From: an uncultured delta proteobacterium | GTDB taxonomy: Bacteria > Myxococcota_A > Polyangia > Polyangiales > Polyangiaceae | NCBI GenBank assembly: GCA_963806225.1 | Contig: CAWDXG010000004.1 | Span: forward strand, 4,896,001-4,960,000 | Direction: 5' to 3' | Length of the DNA stretch: 64,000 nt | Part shown: piece by piece, positions 34,465 through 45,154 of the stretch | Position numbering within the stretch: the first letter of the stretch is position 1 | How the letters are laid out: each line of letters opens with the position of its first letter | Program-made: the position numbers and the translations under genes | Notes under the pieces: model-generated | Told to the model about the DNA's origin: nothing | Databases searched by the model: none | What the model saw: the letters and a program-made list of their open reading frames with translations, nothing else

Positions 34465-35127
34465 ATGAGACGCGCTCTTCTCCGACCCTCCGGCCGTGTC
34501 CGTTCCTGGCTCGCGCCGTCCCTGCCGGCGCTGTTCGCCAGCGCGGCTCTGATCGGCTGCATCCAGCAGACCCACCGCGTCGAGGTGTCGACCCGGACCC
34601 TGCCGCCGCCCTCCGCGAAGCCTGTGCAGCACACCGGCCGCCTGTGGGTCGAGCTGTATCCGCGTGGCGAGAACCGCCAGTGTGCGACCGCCCGCGGGGA
34701 GCGTCCGCTGTGTTTCGAGGGCGTGCAGGACAAGCTGGCCCGTGCGCTCCGCGACGCACTCTGGCCCAGTTTTCCTGCCGTGCGCGTCAAGCGGCGCGGC
34801 GATAACCTGGTGCCTGGCGACTACGTGCTGCTGGTGGACGTGTCGCTCAGCCCGGTGCCGCCCGACCGGACCGGGCCGGGCTGGTCCGCCCTCGCCCGCG
34901 GTCGCTGGCAGCTTGCGCGAGACGGGCTGCCCGTGATCGGCGAGCGCTTGAGCGCACGCTCGCGGCCCGCTTTTGCCTATGGCCGACCGCTCGGGGCGGG
35001 GGCAGGCGAAGTGGTCGAAGCGGTGGCCGAGCACATCGGCAGCGCGCTCGCCGCGCTGCCCGAGTCGCGCCCGCTCGTGCCGGCGCTGCTGCCGCGTGTA
35101 GCGACCACGAACATCGATCAGCGCTAA
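34465..35127 (+). CDS. Hypothetical lipoprotein
   Basis: Lipobox LIGC after a hydrophobic stretch; 220-aa ORF. Confidence 0.6.
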   Translation: MRRALLRPSGRVRSWLAPSLPALFASAALIGCIQQTHRVEVSTRTLPPPSAKPVQHTGRLWVELYPRGENRQCATARGERPLCFEGVQDKLARALRDALWPSFPAVRVKRRGDNLVPGDYVLLVDVSLSPVPPDRTGPGWSALARGRWQLARDGLPVIGERLSARSRPAFAYGRPLGAGAGEVVEAVAEHIGSALAALPESRPLVPALLPRVATTNIDQR

Positions 35128-35172
35128 AGTCGTAGCGAAAATGCCACAAAAATGTGACATTTTGCTATGATT

Positions 35173-36612
35173 CTAGTCTTCCGAAGAGGCCAGACGCTGC
35201 TCGATGGCTTCGAGGTGGGCGTTGACCTGCGGGTCTTTCTGCCGGAGCTGCTCTACGCGCCGCACCGCGCTCATCACGGTCGTGTGATCGCGGTTGCCGA
35301 ACGCGCGCCCGAGCTCGGGGAAGCTGCACTTGAGGCGCTGGCGGCACAGGTACATCGCCACCTGCCGCGCGAAGGCCACGCTCTTGTGGCGGTCCTTGCT
35401 CAGAAGCTCCGAGTTCGACAGCCGGAAGTGACCGCACACGGCGCTTCTGGATGTCCTCCACGCTCATCATCTCCGGACGGCGCGGCGCGACCATCGCGAT
35501 CTCGCTGCGCGCGAACTCGGAGTCGATCGGGCGCCCCGTCAACGACGACTTCGCTGCCAGGCGGATCAGCGCGCCTTCCAGCTCGCGCACGTTGCTCTGC
35601 ACGCTCTGCGCGAGCAGCACGGCCACGTCGTCGTTGATCGAGATGCCCTCGATGTTCGCCTTCTTGCGGATGATGGCGACGCGCGTCTCGAGCTGCGGCA
35701 CCTGGATGTCCGCCACCAGCCCGGAGGTGAAGCGCGACACCAGGCGCTCCGGCATGCGCTGCAGCTGCTGGGGGTACTTGTCGCTGGTCACGACGATCGG
35801 CTTGTCCGCGTCGCGCAGCGCGTTGAACGTGTGGAAGAACTCCTCCTGCGTCTGCTCGCGACCGGCGAGGAACTGGATGTCGTCCAGCAGCAACAGGTCG
35901 CACTCGCTGCGATAGCGCGCGCGGAACTCGTCCATCTTGTGGTGCTGCAGCGCCTCGATGAACTCGTTGGTGAAGTGCTCGGCGGAGACGTAGAGCACGC
36001 GCGCGTCCGGCCGGTCCTCCAGCACCTTGTGCGCGATGGCGTGCATCAGGTGCGTCTTGCCGAGACCCGGTGCCGCCCGCGATGAAGAGCGGGTTGTAGC
36101 GAGGGCCGCCGCCGCCCGCCGAGGCGATGGCCGCGGCGTAGGCGAGCTCGTTCGAGGGCCCGACGACGAAATTCTTGAACGTGTGCTTCGGGTTGAGCGT
36201 GGCCGTCAGCACCGCGCGCCAGCGGTTGGACTGGCCCCGGCCCGGCCGGGAAGAAACGCGGAGCGGCTGCGGTCGCGCTGCCGATCTGCAGTCGGCGCGG
36301 GCGCGAGGGCGGAGCGTCCGTGCTCTTCGCCCGCGCCTCGCACACCGGCGAGTCGAGCTCGGTCGCGATCCGCCATTTCACGCTCACGGCGTCGCCGACC
36401 AGCTTGTCGAGCTGGCTGAGCAGCTCCGGTAGGAAGTGGGCTTTCACCCAGTCGCGCACGAACTCGTCGCGAGCGGTGAGCTCGAGCACGCCTTCTTCCA
36501 GCCCATCGAACTGGATACCGGAAAACCACTGCTCGAACGTGGCAGGAGAGCGGCTGCGGGTATGCTCCACGGCCTGCTGCCAGATGTTCACGATTTCGGA
36601 GGAACTCGGCAT
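35173..36612 (-). CDS. dnaA: Chromosomal replication initiator DnaA (about three frameshifts)
   Basis: Domain I (FEQWF), [22 protein letters not shown], split Walker [51 protein letters not shown] across four reading-frame segments; indels near 36230, 36065 and 35440. Confidence 0.92.
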
Positions 36613-36664
36613 CGGTGTGAGAGAGATCGAGCTTTCAGAAACCACGGCGATAGCATCCCCCAAC

Positions 36665-36685
36665 TTGTCCACAGGCTGTGGACAG
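36665..36685. promoter_or_regulatory. Inverted pair of DnaA boxes upstream of dnaA
   Basis: TTGTCCACA (36665-36673) and TGTGGACAG (36677-36685), each close to the TTATCCACA consensus, 3 bp apart. Confidence 0.7.
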
Positions 36686-37266
36686 TCCCACCCCCCTCGT
36701 TTTCAACGGCTCGTGCTGGCAAGGCCTGGCAGCGGTGTGCTGCGTGGGGGCCCCGCTTGGTCGGCTGGAAGCTGCCCTATGTGACGTTCCATCGTGACGG
36801 AGGGAGAACGAGAGCCTCGCCTCTCTCTTCATTGTGTCGCTGGTCGGCTCTGCAGCAGATGCGCATCGGCTCTCCGAGCGACAGACACGGCAGCTAGCAT
36901 CGCTCCATCGCGGACTTCAATGGACGATTTTTTTGCGAGCCCGAACTCACGGAAAACTCCGCGGATCTTCTTTCGGGCCGACAACGCGCAGACCCATTTC
37001 ACGCGCCGGACATTTCGAGCGTCGACGAATCATGCGTAGAAAACGCAGCTTCGCGCTCTGCACGCGGAGGGGCGTCTCTCCGACCGCGTCAACTTCCGTG
37101 GTTTGCGACGTCAAGGGTCGGCGGTGCGTTTTCGACAACCATCATGCACGCAACTGCGCGCATGCGTGCTCGTGCGGGGTTGACGATTGCCGATTTCTTG
37201 GCCTCGAAGCGCGCGTAGAGGTAGCTCACCGCTATCGGCCCGGATACCTCGACCGGACACAAACCC

Positions 37267-38305
37267 ATGCGACAGAGAGCAGCTCCCGTCGCGGCGCGGC
37301 GCCGCGTGCATGCCGTCGCGGCGCGGCGCCGCGTGCACGCCGCCGCGATCGCATTTTCTTTCGGAGCGGCTCTCACGGCGATCCCGAAGAGCGCGCACGC
37401 CACCAAGAGCAAGCTGCCGCCGCAGGTCGGGTACAACTACCAGAATATCGAGACGCCCCGCGTCGCTGCAATGGGTGATGCGCTGCGCGCGTTCAGCAAC
37501 TCGGTGAGCGCGCTCTTCATCAACCCGGCGAACATGGCGGCGTCGCGCGTCTACCACCTCAGCGCGTTCGGACAGATCTGGCCGGAGGCGCATCGACAGA
37601 GCTACGGCGCCGCGGCGGTCGATTCGATCGTGTCGAGCGCGCACGTGGCAGGGGGGCTCGGCGGCACGTGGACCTCGCAGGATTCGGATGGTCTCGGGCG
37701 TACGTCCGCCGACCTCAGGTTCGCACTCGCGTTCCCGTTTTCCGATCGCTTCTACGTCGGGCTGGGCGGGCGTTATCTGTGGCTCAAGCAGACCGGCAGC
37801 GCCGGTCCCTTCGACCCGAGCCCGGCCTCGGGCGGGATGCCGCGACAAGAACATCGTGCGGGGTTTCACCTTCGATGCCGGCGCGACGCTCAAGCCCGTC
37901 GACGGCCTGGCGCTGTCGATCGTCGGCCAGAATCTCAACAACCCCGGCAACGGATTCCAGCCGATGAGCTTCGGCGGGGGCGTCGGCTTCGGTACGCACG
38001 ATTTCACGCTCGAAGGCGACGCGCTGGCCGACTTCACCACCTGGGATCGCACCACCGTACGCGCCATGGGCGGCTTCGAGTTCCTGGCTGCCGATCACTA
38101 TCCGCTGCGCGCGGGCTACCGCTACGATCAGGGGCCGAAGAGCCACGGCTCAGCGCGGGTATCGGCTACATCGACAAGATCTTCTCGGCGGAGGTCGCGG
38201 TGCGCCGTACCGTCGTCTGGGCCGAAGGCCACGACAATCGTGATCGGCTTCACCTACCACCTCGAGTCGAGCGGCCTGACGCCCTCGCCGTCGGAGTCGT
38301 TCTAG
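37267..38305 (+). CDS. Putative outer-membrane beta-barrel (FadL/PorV-like N-terminus), frameshifted
   Basis: Signal peptide, PRVAAMGDA...SALFINPANM motif, amphipathic beta-strands; frame changes near 37840, 38150 and 38220. Confidence 0.6.
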
Positions 38306-39037
38306 TCGAGCCACAGCCGGACGCAGAGCGCATCGCGGCGCGTGCGCTCGGCGAGGGGCGGCGGAGTGAGCGGACGCGTCGTGTCCGGTGACGGGGAGCA
38401 CGGCGAGCGGGAGATCGGCGCCCTTGCGATCGCACAGGCGCGCGCTCTTCTTCGTCACGTGTGCGCCGCGCACTTGACGCTGCCGAGCACGAGCGGGCGG
38501 CCGTCCTCGCGTGCCGAGCCGGACGAGCAGCTCGCGCGAACCGTCGGCGGCGGGCGGCGGCATCGCGCGCACGCTTCTCGACGCGCAGCGTCGCCGAACC
38601 GGCAGGAGCGAGAGCGCGGCCAGCGGCGCGCGGCCGATCTCGATCACGCTGCCGGCCATGCGGCGGGTGCCGAGGATCACGGCCGCGTCGGCCGGCGCGG
38701 CCGGGCGAACCGCACGGGCAGCGGGTCGCCGTGCGCACGCTGTCGGGGGCACACAGATAGCCGGGCGGCGTGGCCGCGAGCCGGCGTCCAGCGCGAGCGG
38801 CGGCCCGGGCGCCCCGTAGGAGGCGAACAGCAGCAGTCGTCGTGCAGCCCGCGGCAGCGCCGGGAGCGTCAGCACGGTGGTCGTGCGCACGCGATCGCGG
38901 CGCGCCTCGACGATCACGCGCGCGATACCCACGCGGCCGAGCCCGGCGCCATGGTGCGCTGCCGGCGGTCGCGCCAGAGCGCTCGACGACAGCGCAGCGG
39001 CGAGCAGAACGGGGGCGAGCGGCGCGCGGCCCTTCAC
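38302..39037 (-). CDS. Hypothetical exported protein, multiply frameshifted
   Basis: GTG overlapping the upstream TGA, signal-like LAPVLLAAALSSSALA; coherent pieces in several frames ending ...CVRLWLD*. Confidence 0.45.
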
Positions 39038-40363
39038 CCGAGTGCCTCCGCGAGCAGCGCGACGGAGCGCCTGGGCACCGGCGTCAAGCGCTGCCTGCGT
39101 CGTGGCGGGGTCGGGCGACAGCTCCGCCTCGGACCGGAGCTGGTCGATCGCGCGCGGATTGCGGAACCAGTCCTCGTCGTGATCCGCGGTCAACTGCTCG
39201 GCGTGTGCCAGCGGCGAGCAACAGCTCCGTCGAAACGCTGTGCGTCGTCGACGTGCAGGCGCCACAGCGCGCCCGCCACGGTGCCGGGCAGCTCCACGCC
39301 GATCGCCTGCTGCAGGCGCGCTTCATACGCCTCGGCGAACGCCTTCTGGCCCGCCAACGCCGCTGGTCTGAGCAGCACGCGGAGCGCCTGGGCGCGCGAC
39401 TCGAGCAGCGCCACGCGCGCGATGATCCGCTGGTGCTCGCGCGCCCGCGCGCTGCCGAGGTCGAGCTGCCGCTCGAGGAAGGGACGCGACAGCGCCAGCC
39501 CGGCGAACAGCGCGCCGGTCGCGTGGCTATCGAGCTGCGTACGGGATCGTGCGCGACGACGAACGGCTGGTGCGCCGGGGCGAGCGCCTCGCGCCATGCC
39601 ACGCCGACAGCGTCGAACGCGCGGAGGAAGCTCGACAGCACCGAGCGCGGCCGGAAGCGGGCCCGGGTCGAGCCGGACATCATCGAGCAGGCCGCCGGCG
39701 CCGAGCAGATCGGCGATCGCGGAGGGCGTGATGCGCGCCGGAAAGCCTTCGGCGTCGCGTCCCAGTGCGAGCTCGACCAGCCCGTCCGGCTCCGGCCGCA
39801 GGAATTCGGCCGCCATGTCCGCGCTTCGCCGCGAGCCAGCGTGAGGCCGGTTCATACGCCGTGTCCGGCGACAGTTCGATCGCGTCCGGAGAGTCGAGCC
39901 CCATGCGCCGCGCGATCTCCGCGCGGCGTTCCCACGAGAGGGCCGTGCGGGCTGCCAGCTCCCCGGCGCGGTCGAGGAAGGCGCGGAGCCACGCGCCGCG
40001 GCGCGTGGGCTCCGACAGCGCGCGCGACAGGAGCGCCGCGAGCGGATAGCGTCCGCCTTCCGGCGCTTCGACGACGTGGAGCTCGAGCCGGCGGGCGGCC
40101 TCGACGGCGCCCAGCGCTTCGCGGTCGATGCGCTGCTCCGCCAGGCGATAGGTCCAGCGCATCAACGAGTGCTTCAGCGGATCGGCGTCCGGCAGCTCGT
40201 CGAGCGCGCGGAACGTCGTCAGTCCAGCCAGCGTTCCGTCGGGTTCGAACGGATCCCCGGAAAGCCCGAGCCCGTGGTCGAGCCGGCGGCGCCACGTGCG
40301 CCAGCGCGCGGCGGTTCGCGCAAGCCGGCGATCCAGTTCGAGCGGATCGAGCTCGTCCATCAT
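39034..40363 (-). CDS. Hypothetical protein (possibly degenerate M3 peptidase-like), multiply frameshifted
   Basis: Coherent fragments from MMDELDPLEL to DEDWFRNPRA...LLAEALG*. Confidence 0.5.
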
Positions 40364-40372
40364 CGCGCCCTG

Positions 40373-41216
40373 CTAGAGCTCATCGCCGAGCATGATCGTG
40401 AGACGCGCATACACCCTGAGCGAGGCGTTGAGCCGGCCGTCCGTTGTCTTGGAGAGATCGACGCAGTCGTTGTTTGCGCTCGAGGGGCAGCGGCGGATCT
40501 TGTCGATGAACACGTGCGTGTAGCTCAGCGAGGGGCCGAGCCGGATGCGGCTGCCCAGGAAGAAGTCGATCCCGCCGCCGACGCGCAGCGCGGGACCGGC
40601 GCCGGTCTCGTTGTAGCGCTCGCCGGCCTCGTCGTGCGAAGTGCCCATCACCCCGCCGCCCAGGCCCACCTCCACATACGGGATCGAGCGCGCCGTGGTC
40701 GAGGAAGTACGCGCGCCCCAGGAAGCCGAGGAAGATCCCGGCGGCGCTCGGCTTGGTCAGGTTCAGTCGTGCGGGCGGCTCGTAGCGGTAGCCGTCGAAG
40801 TCGAGCCCGCCGCCCCAGGCGAAGTACGGGGTCACGCGCCAGAAGGCCGAGAAGCCGACGCCGACGCCCATCTTGACGCCCGCGCAGCGATCGCTGGTCT
40901 GGCTGCCGGCCTGGCACACCGGCAGTGCGACGCCGAGACCGGGGACGAGCTCGACCGGGCGGCGCGCGTGCGGGTCGAGCGTCGGCGGAGGCAGCGGTGG
41001 GGGAGCGGGAGGGGGAGGCTGTGCGGCCGCCGGCGGCGGTGGCGCTCCCGGCCTGGGGGGCGCCGGCGTCGCGGGGGTCGCGGGCGGGGGCGCCGCGGGT
41101 GGGGGTGGCGGTGGTGGCGCCGGCGGCGGCGCTGCCGGTTCTGCAGCGGCGCGCATCGGCAGCAGCGCGGCAAAGGCGACGGCGAGCGCGGCTCGGATGG
41201 CGGGACGGCACGTCAT
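40373..41216 (-). CDS. Outer-membrane beta-barrel protein with Pro-rich N-terminal linker, one frameshift
   Basis: Signal peptide, Pro-rich stretch, beta-strand pattern ending ARLTIMLGDEL; frame switch near 40676. Confidence 0.65.
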
Positions 41217-41303
41217 GCGGTCAGGGGCAAATGCTACTACTTATCGATACCGCGGTCGCTCCGATGCGTGCCGAGCGCCTTCCGGAGCGTCGCCCGGGGT
41301 TCG

Positions 41304-41817
41304 ATGATGGTACGGAGGCTCCCAGTTCTGCAGAATCCGGCCCCGGGCGACGCCGACGATCAGCGTCCGCCCTGGCACTGGGTGCTCATCGGCGCGGGCT
41401 TCGTGTTCACGCTGTGGATCCCGCTTGCGATCGCGGCCCAGTGGTTGTCCCGGATGCTGGCAGCGTCGATGGTCGATCTCGCCGACGCCGAGGCCGTCGC
41501 CCACTTCAACGCAACAGCTCCGACCGGGCAGCGGGTCCTGCTGTCCGCGGTTCTGCTCGGGCCCGCTGGTGCTGTCGTTCGTGGCGGCGTGCGTGTCCGG
41601 CGGGATGCTGGTCGGACGCTTCGGTGGGCGGGCCGGATCGCGCGAGGCAACACTGGCCGGGCTGCTTGCCGCGGCAGTGGCTTGGCTGGTGGCGCTGCTC
41701 GGCGGAGCCCTGTCGCCCTGGAGCGTCGCGGTGGCCAGCCTCGTCCTGCTCGGCGGCGCCGGGTCAGGGCTGACGCGGCTTGGCGCTTGGCTGGGCCGCC
41801 GCCGCCGTCCCAGGTGA
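41304..41817 (+). CDS. Hypothetical membrane protein, one frameshift
   Basis: RPPWHWVLIGAGFVFTLWIPL then further transmembrane segments in another frame after about 41565. Confidence 0.55.
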
Positions 41818-41895
41818 CCAGAATCATGTTGGATGTCATGTTCCTGCCCGAGCCGAGGTGGACCCGCCCGGGGCCGAGAGTTACGCTTCGTCATC

Positions 41896-42462
41896 ATGAG
41901 TCGCCTGGATGACGAGCTTTTCGAGGCCGCAGAAGCGGTCGAAACGAGCCCGAAGGACGAAGCCGCGCCTCCGGTCGTAGGCCCTCCGGCCGGGAACTCG
42001 CGCTCGAAGCGCAACATCGGTCTGTTGATCGGGCTGTTGGTGATGGGCGGCGGCATCCTCACGCTGGTGATGACCAGCTTCAACAATGCCGCCATCTACT
42101 CCAAAGGCGTCGACGAGTTGCTCGCCCAGAAGACGAAGCTGGCCAGCCGCAACGTGCGCGTCGCCGGCACGCTCGTGAAGGGCACGCTCGTCAAGCGCGA
42201 CCAGCCCTGCGAATACCGTTTCAAGATGGAGAAGAACGGCAAGGTGCTCGACGTGCGCTACCCGGAGTGCATCGTCCCGGACACCTTCCGCGACCGGCCC
42301 GAGACGACCGTGCAGGTCACGGCAGAGGGCAAGCTCAGCAAGGCCGGCTACTTCGAGGCCAGCCAGATCATGGCCAAGTGCCCGTCGAAGTACCAGCAGA
42401 AGCAACAGGCGCAGGACAGCCAGAAGATGCCGACCGTCTACACGACGAAGCGCGGCGGCTGA
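41896..42462 (+). CDS. ccmE: Cytochrome c maturation heme chaperone CcmE (CxxxY variant)
   Basis: Transmembrane anchor, VRVAGTLV, VPDTF, VTAEG, IMAKCPSKY. Confidence 0.85.
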   Translation: MSRLDDELFEAAEAVETSPKDEAAPPVVGPPAGNSRSKRNIGLLIGLLVMGGGILTLVMTSFNNAAIYSKGVDELLAQKTKLASRNVRVAGTLVKGTLVKRDQPCEYRFKMEKNGKVLDVRYPECIVPDTFRDRPETTVQVTAEGKLSKAGYFEASQIMAKCPSKYQQKQQAQDSQKMPTVYTTKRGG

Positions 42463-42477
42463 AAGAGCACTCTACAT

Positions 42478-43506
42478 ATGTGGGATCGATTCCTGCGCGC
42501 CTGCCGGCGCGAACCGGTGGATGCGACACCTGTCTGGTTCATGCGCCAGGCGGGTCGCTACATGGCCGAGTACCGCAAGATCCGCGAGCACCACACGCTG
42601 CTCGAGATCTGCAGGCAGCCCGAGCTCGCAGCCGAGGTCACGCTCCAGCCGGTCAAGGCACTGGGCGTGGACGCCGCGATCCTGTTCGCGGACATCCTGC
42701 TGCCGCTCGAGCCCATGGGCGCGCCGTTCGAGTTCGCGAAGGGTGAAGGCCCGGTTATCCACCACCCCGTGCGCCAGGCGTCGGACGTCGACAAGCTGCG
42801 CGTCGTCGACGCGGAGGAGGGCCTGCCGCACGTGCTCGAGGCAATCAAGCTGGTCCGCGCCGAGCTCGACGGCAAGACGCCGCTCATCGGCTTCGCCGGC
42901 GCGCCGTTCACGCTCGCCAGCTACCTGGTCGAGGGCGGCAAGAGCGCGCACTACGCGCGCACCAAGCAGCTCATGTACCGCGAGCCCGCCGTATGGCGCG
43001 CGCTGATGGAGAAGCTGTCCGAGGTCGTGCGCCGCTATCTGCGCGCGCAGGTCGCATCCGGCGCGCAGGCGGTGCAGCTGTTCGATTCGTGGATCGGCGC
43101 GCTGTCTGTCGTCGACTACGCCGAGTTCGTGCAGCCGCACGTCGCGCACATCCTGAAGGACCTCGAGAAAGCGGGCGTGCCGGTGATCCACTTCGGGACC
43201 GGGACGGCCTCGCTGCTCGAGCTGCAGCGCGACGCGGGCGGCACGGTGATCGGCGTCGACTGGCGCACGCCGCTCGATAGCGCCTGGGCCCGGCTCGGCG
43301 ACGGCGTGGCGGTGCAGGGCAATCTCGATCCGCTGCTGCTCGGCGCTCCGCGCGAGCTGCTCGAAAAGCGCGTAGACGACGTGCTCGGGCGCGCGAACGG
43401 CCGCCCCGGCCACGTCTTCAACCTCGGGCACGGCATCCTGCCGGATACGGACCCGGCCGTCGTGAAGCACGTCGTCGAATACGTCCACGACAAGACCGCG
43501 CGATGA
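42478..43506 (+). CDS. hemE: Uroporphyrinogen decarboxylase
   Basis: PVWFMRQAGRY, AAILFADIL, LIGFAGAPFTLASY, QLFDSW, QGNLDP, FNLGHG. Confidence 0.97.
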   Translation: MWDRFLRACRREPVDATPVWFMRQAGRYMAEYRKIREHHTLLEICRQPELAAEVTLQPVKALGVDAAILFADILLPLEPMGAPFEFAKGEGPVIHHPVRQASDVDKLRVVDAEEGLPHVLEAIKLVRAELDGKTPLIGFAGAPFTLASYLVEGGKSAHYARTKQLMYREPAVWRALMEKLSEVVRRYLRAQVASGAQAVQLFDSWIGALSVVDYAEFVQPHVAHILKDLEKAGVPVIHFGTGTASLLELQRDAGGTVIGVDWRTPLDSAWARLGDGVAVQGNLDPLLLGAPRELLEKRVDDVLGRANGRPGHVFNLGHGILPDTDPAVVKHVVEYVHDKTAR

Positions 43507-44981
43507 GCGAAAACGGCAAGAGCGAGCGCCGTCACGTGGTCGTGATCGGCGGCGGCGTCACAGGGCTCAGCGCGGCGTACCGCGTCCACACATCGCGCCC
43601 GGACGTGGAAGTCACCCTGGTCGAGAGCCGCGAACGGCTCGGCGGCAACATCATCACCGAGCGGAGCGACGGCTTCCTGATCGATGGCGGCCCGGATTCG
43701 TTCCTGCGCACCAAGCCGGAGGCCGTCGCGCTGTGCAAGGAGATCGGGCTCGGGGACGACCTGATGACGCCGCGAGACGACGCGCGGAAGGTCTACATCG
43801 TCAACCGCGGCCGCCTCGAGCTGATGCCGGGCGGCATGGCCCTCGCCGTGCCGACGCGCGTGGGGCCGATGCTCGGCACGCCGATCCTGTCGTTCGGCGG
43901 CAAGCTGCGCATGCTCGGCGACCTCTTGATACGCGGGGACGGCGGAGACAGCGACGAGTCGATCGAGGACTTCATCGCGCGGCGCTTCGGGCGCGAGGCG
44001 GCACAGCGCATCGCCGCGCCACTGCTCGGAGGCATCTACGCTGGCGACATCGCACAGCTCAGCATGCGCGCGACCTTCCCGCAGCTGGTCGACCTCGAGC
44101 ACAAGCACGGCAGCTTGATCCGCGGTCTATTCGCCGCGCAGATGGCGCGGCGCGGCCAGACGTCGAACGGTTCCGGGCGGCTGCGCGAGACGGCGCGCCT
44201 GGTCGCCTGGCTCAAGCGCGACGCCGAGGTGGCGCCGAGCCCGTTCTATTCGCTCAAGGGCGGTATGGGCTCGCTGATCGACGCCTTGGCCAAAGCGCTG
44301 CCGCCCGATGCCATCCGCCGTGGCCGCGCCGCGCGGCAGCTCGAGCGCCTCGCCGATGGCCGCTGGCGCGTGACGCTGGACGACGGACAGTCACTGGTTG
44401 CCGACGCCGTGCTGCTCGCTGCGCCGGCGCACGTCATGGCCAAGCTCGTTCCCGACACCGAGCTCGCTTCCGAGCTCGAGAGCATTCCCTACGTCTCGAC
44501 CGCGACGGTGTTCCTCGCGTTCGACCAGAGCTCGGTAGGGCGCGAGCTCGACGGCGTGGGTTTCATCGTGCCGCCCGGCGAAGCGCGCATCCTGGCCGGC
44601 ACCTGGGTGAGCAGCAAGTGGAGCCATCGCGCCCCCGAGGGAAGCGTGCTCCTGCGCGCCTTCGTGGGCGGCGCAGAGAGCCGGGGCTCGGTGCGGGTCA
44701 AGGAGCATAGCGACGACGAGCTCGCCCGGCTTGCCCACGAGGAGCTCGAGCGGCTGATGGGTCCGCTCGGCGAGCCGCTCTTCTCGCGCGTGTTCCGCTA
44801 CGTCGATTCGAATCCGCAACCCGTCGTCGGTCACACCGCGCGCCTCGAGCGCATCGAGCGGCGACTGGGCGCGCTGGCCGGGCTGTATGTCGCCGGCGCA
44901 CCGTATGAAGGCGTCGGCATTCCGGACTGCGTGAAGCAGGCGGAAGCCGCTGCCGCGCGCGTGCTCGCCGAACGCTGCTAG
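43503..44981 (+). CDS. hemY: Protoporphyrinogen/coproporphyrinogen oxidase (HemY/HemG FAD type)
   Basis: VIGGGVTGLSAA FAD motif, DGGPDSF, GIYAGD, LKGGMGSL, GVGIPDC. Confidence 0.92.
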   Translation: MSENGKSERRHVVVIGGGVTGLSAAYRVHTSRPDVEVTLVESRERLGGNIITERSDGFLIDGGPDSFLRTKPEAVALCKEIGLGDDLMTPRDDARKVYIVNRGRLELMPGGMALAVPTRVGPMLGTPILSFGGKLRMLGDLLIRGDGGDSDESIEDFIARRFGREAAQRIAAPLLGGIYAGDIAQLSMRATFPQLVDLEHKHGSLIRGLFAAQMARRGQTSNGSGRLRETARLVAWLKRDAEVAPSPFYSLKGGMGSLIDALAKALPPDAIRRGRAARQLERLADGRWRVTLDDGQSLVADAVLLAAPAHVMAKLVPDTELASELESIPYVSTATVFLAFDQSSVGRELDGVGFIVPPGEARILAGTWVSSKWSHRAPEGSVLLRAFVGGAESRGSVRVKEHSDDELARLAHEELERLMGPLGEPLFSRVFRYVDSNPQPVVGHTARLERIERRLGALAGLYVAGAPYEGVGIPDCVKQAEAAAARVLAERC

Positions 44982-45063
44982 CGGCGGCGCGGTCTCGCCG
45001 GACCCTTCCGCGACGGGGCCGGGTGCACTACGCTGTGCGCCCCTGGGGCCCGCGGGCCCTTTT

Positions 45064-45134
45064 TCCGGCGTCGTCTAAAGGCAGGACAAGGGACTTTGAA
45101 TCCCTGAATCATGGTTCGAATCCATGCGCCGGAA
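45064..45134 (+). tRNA. tRNA-Gln (anticodon TTG)
   Basis: Acceptor stem TCCGGCG/CGCCGGA, anticodon arm AGGGA-CTTTGAA-TCCCT, T arm CATGG-TTCGAAT-CCATG. Confidence 0.93.
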
Positions 45135-45154
45135 CCGCTCGCTCGGCAGTGCGC

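Noticed and set aside
35173..36612. dnaA as a true pseudogene
   Set aside because: All motifs are intact with only single-base indels, and neighbouring genes show the same error pattern.
37002..37017. CGCGCCGGACATTTCG upstream of dnaA resembling the reverse complement of the array's GAAATGTCGGCGCG segment
   Set aside because: Single short imperfect match without the palindrome; chance is plausible in GC-rich DNA.
37288..37342. 27-bp tandem duplication (VAARRRVHA twice)
   Set aside because: Two copies inside a signal-peptide region; ordinary slippage.
45064..45140. tRNA-Gln as an integration site of a genomic island
   Set aside because: I found no duplicated tRNA 3' end and no integrase in the window.
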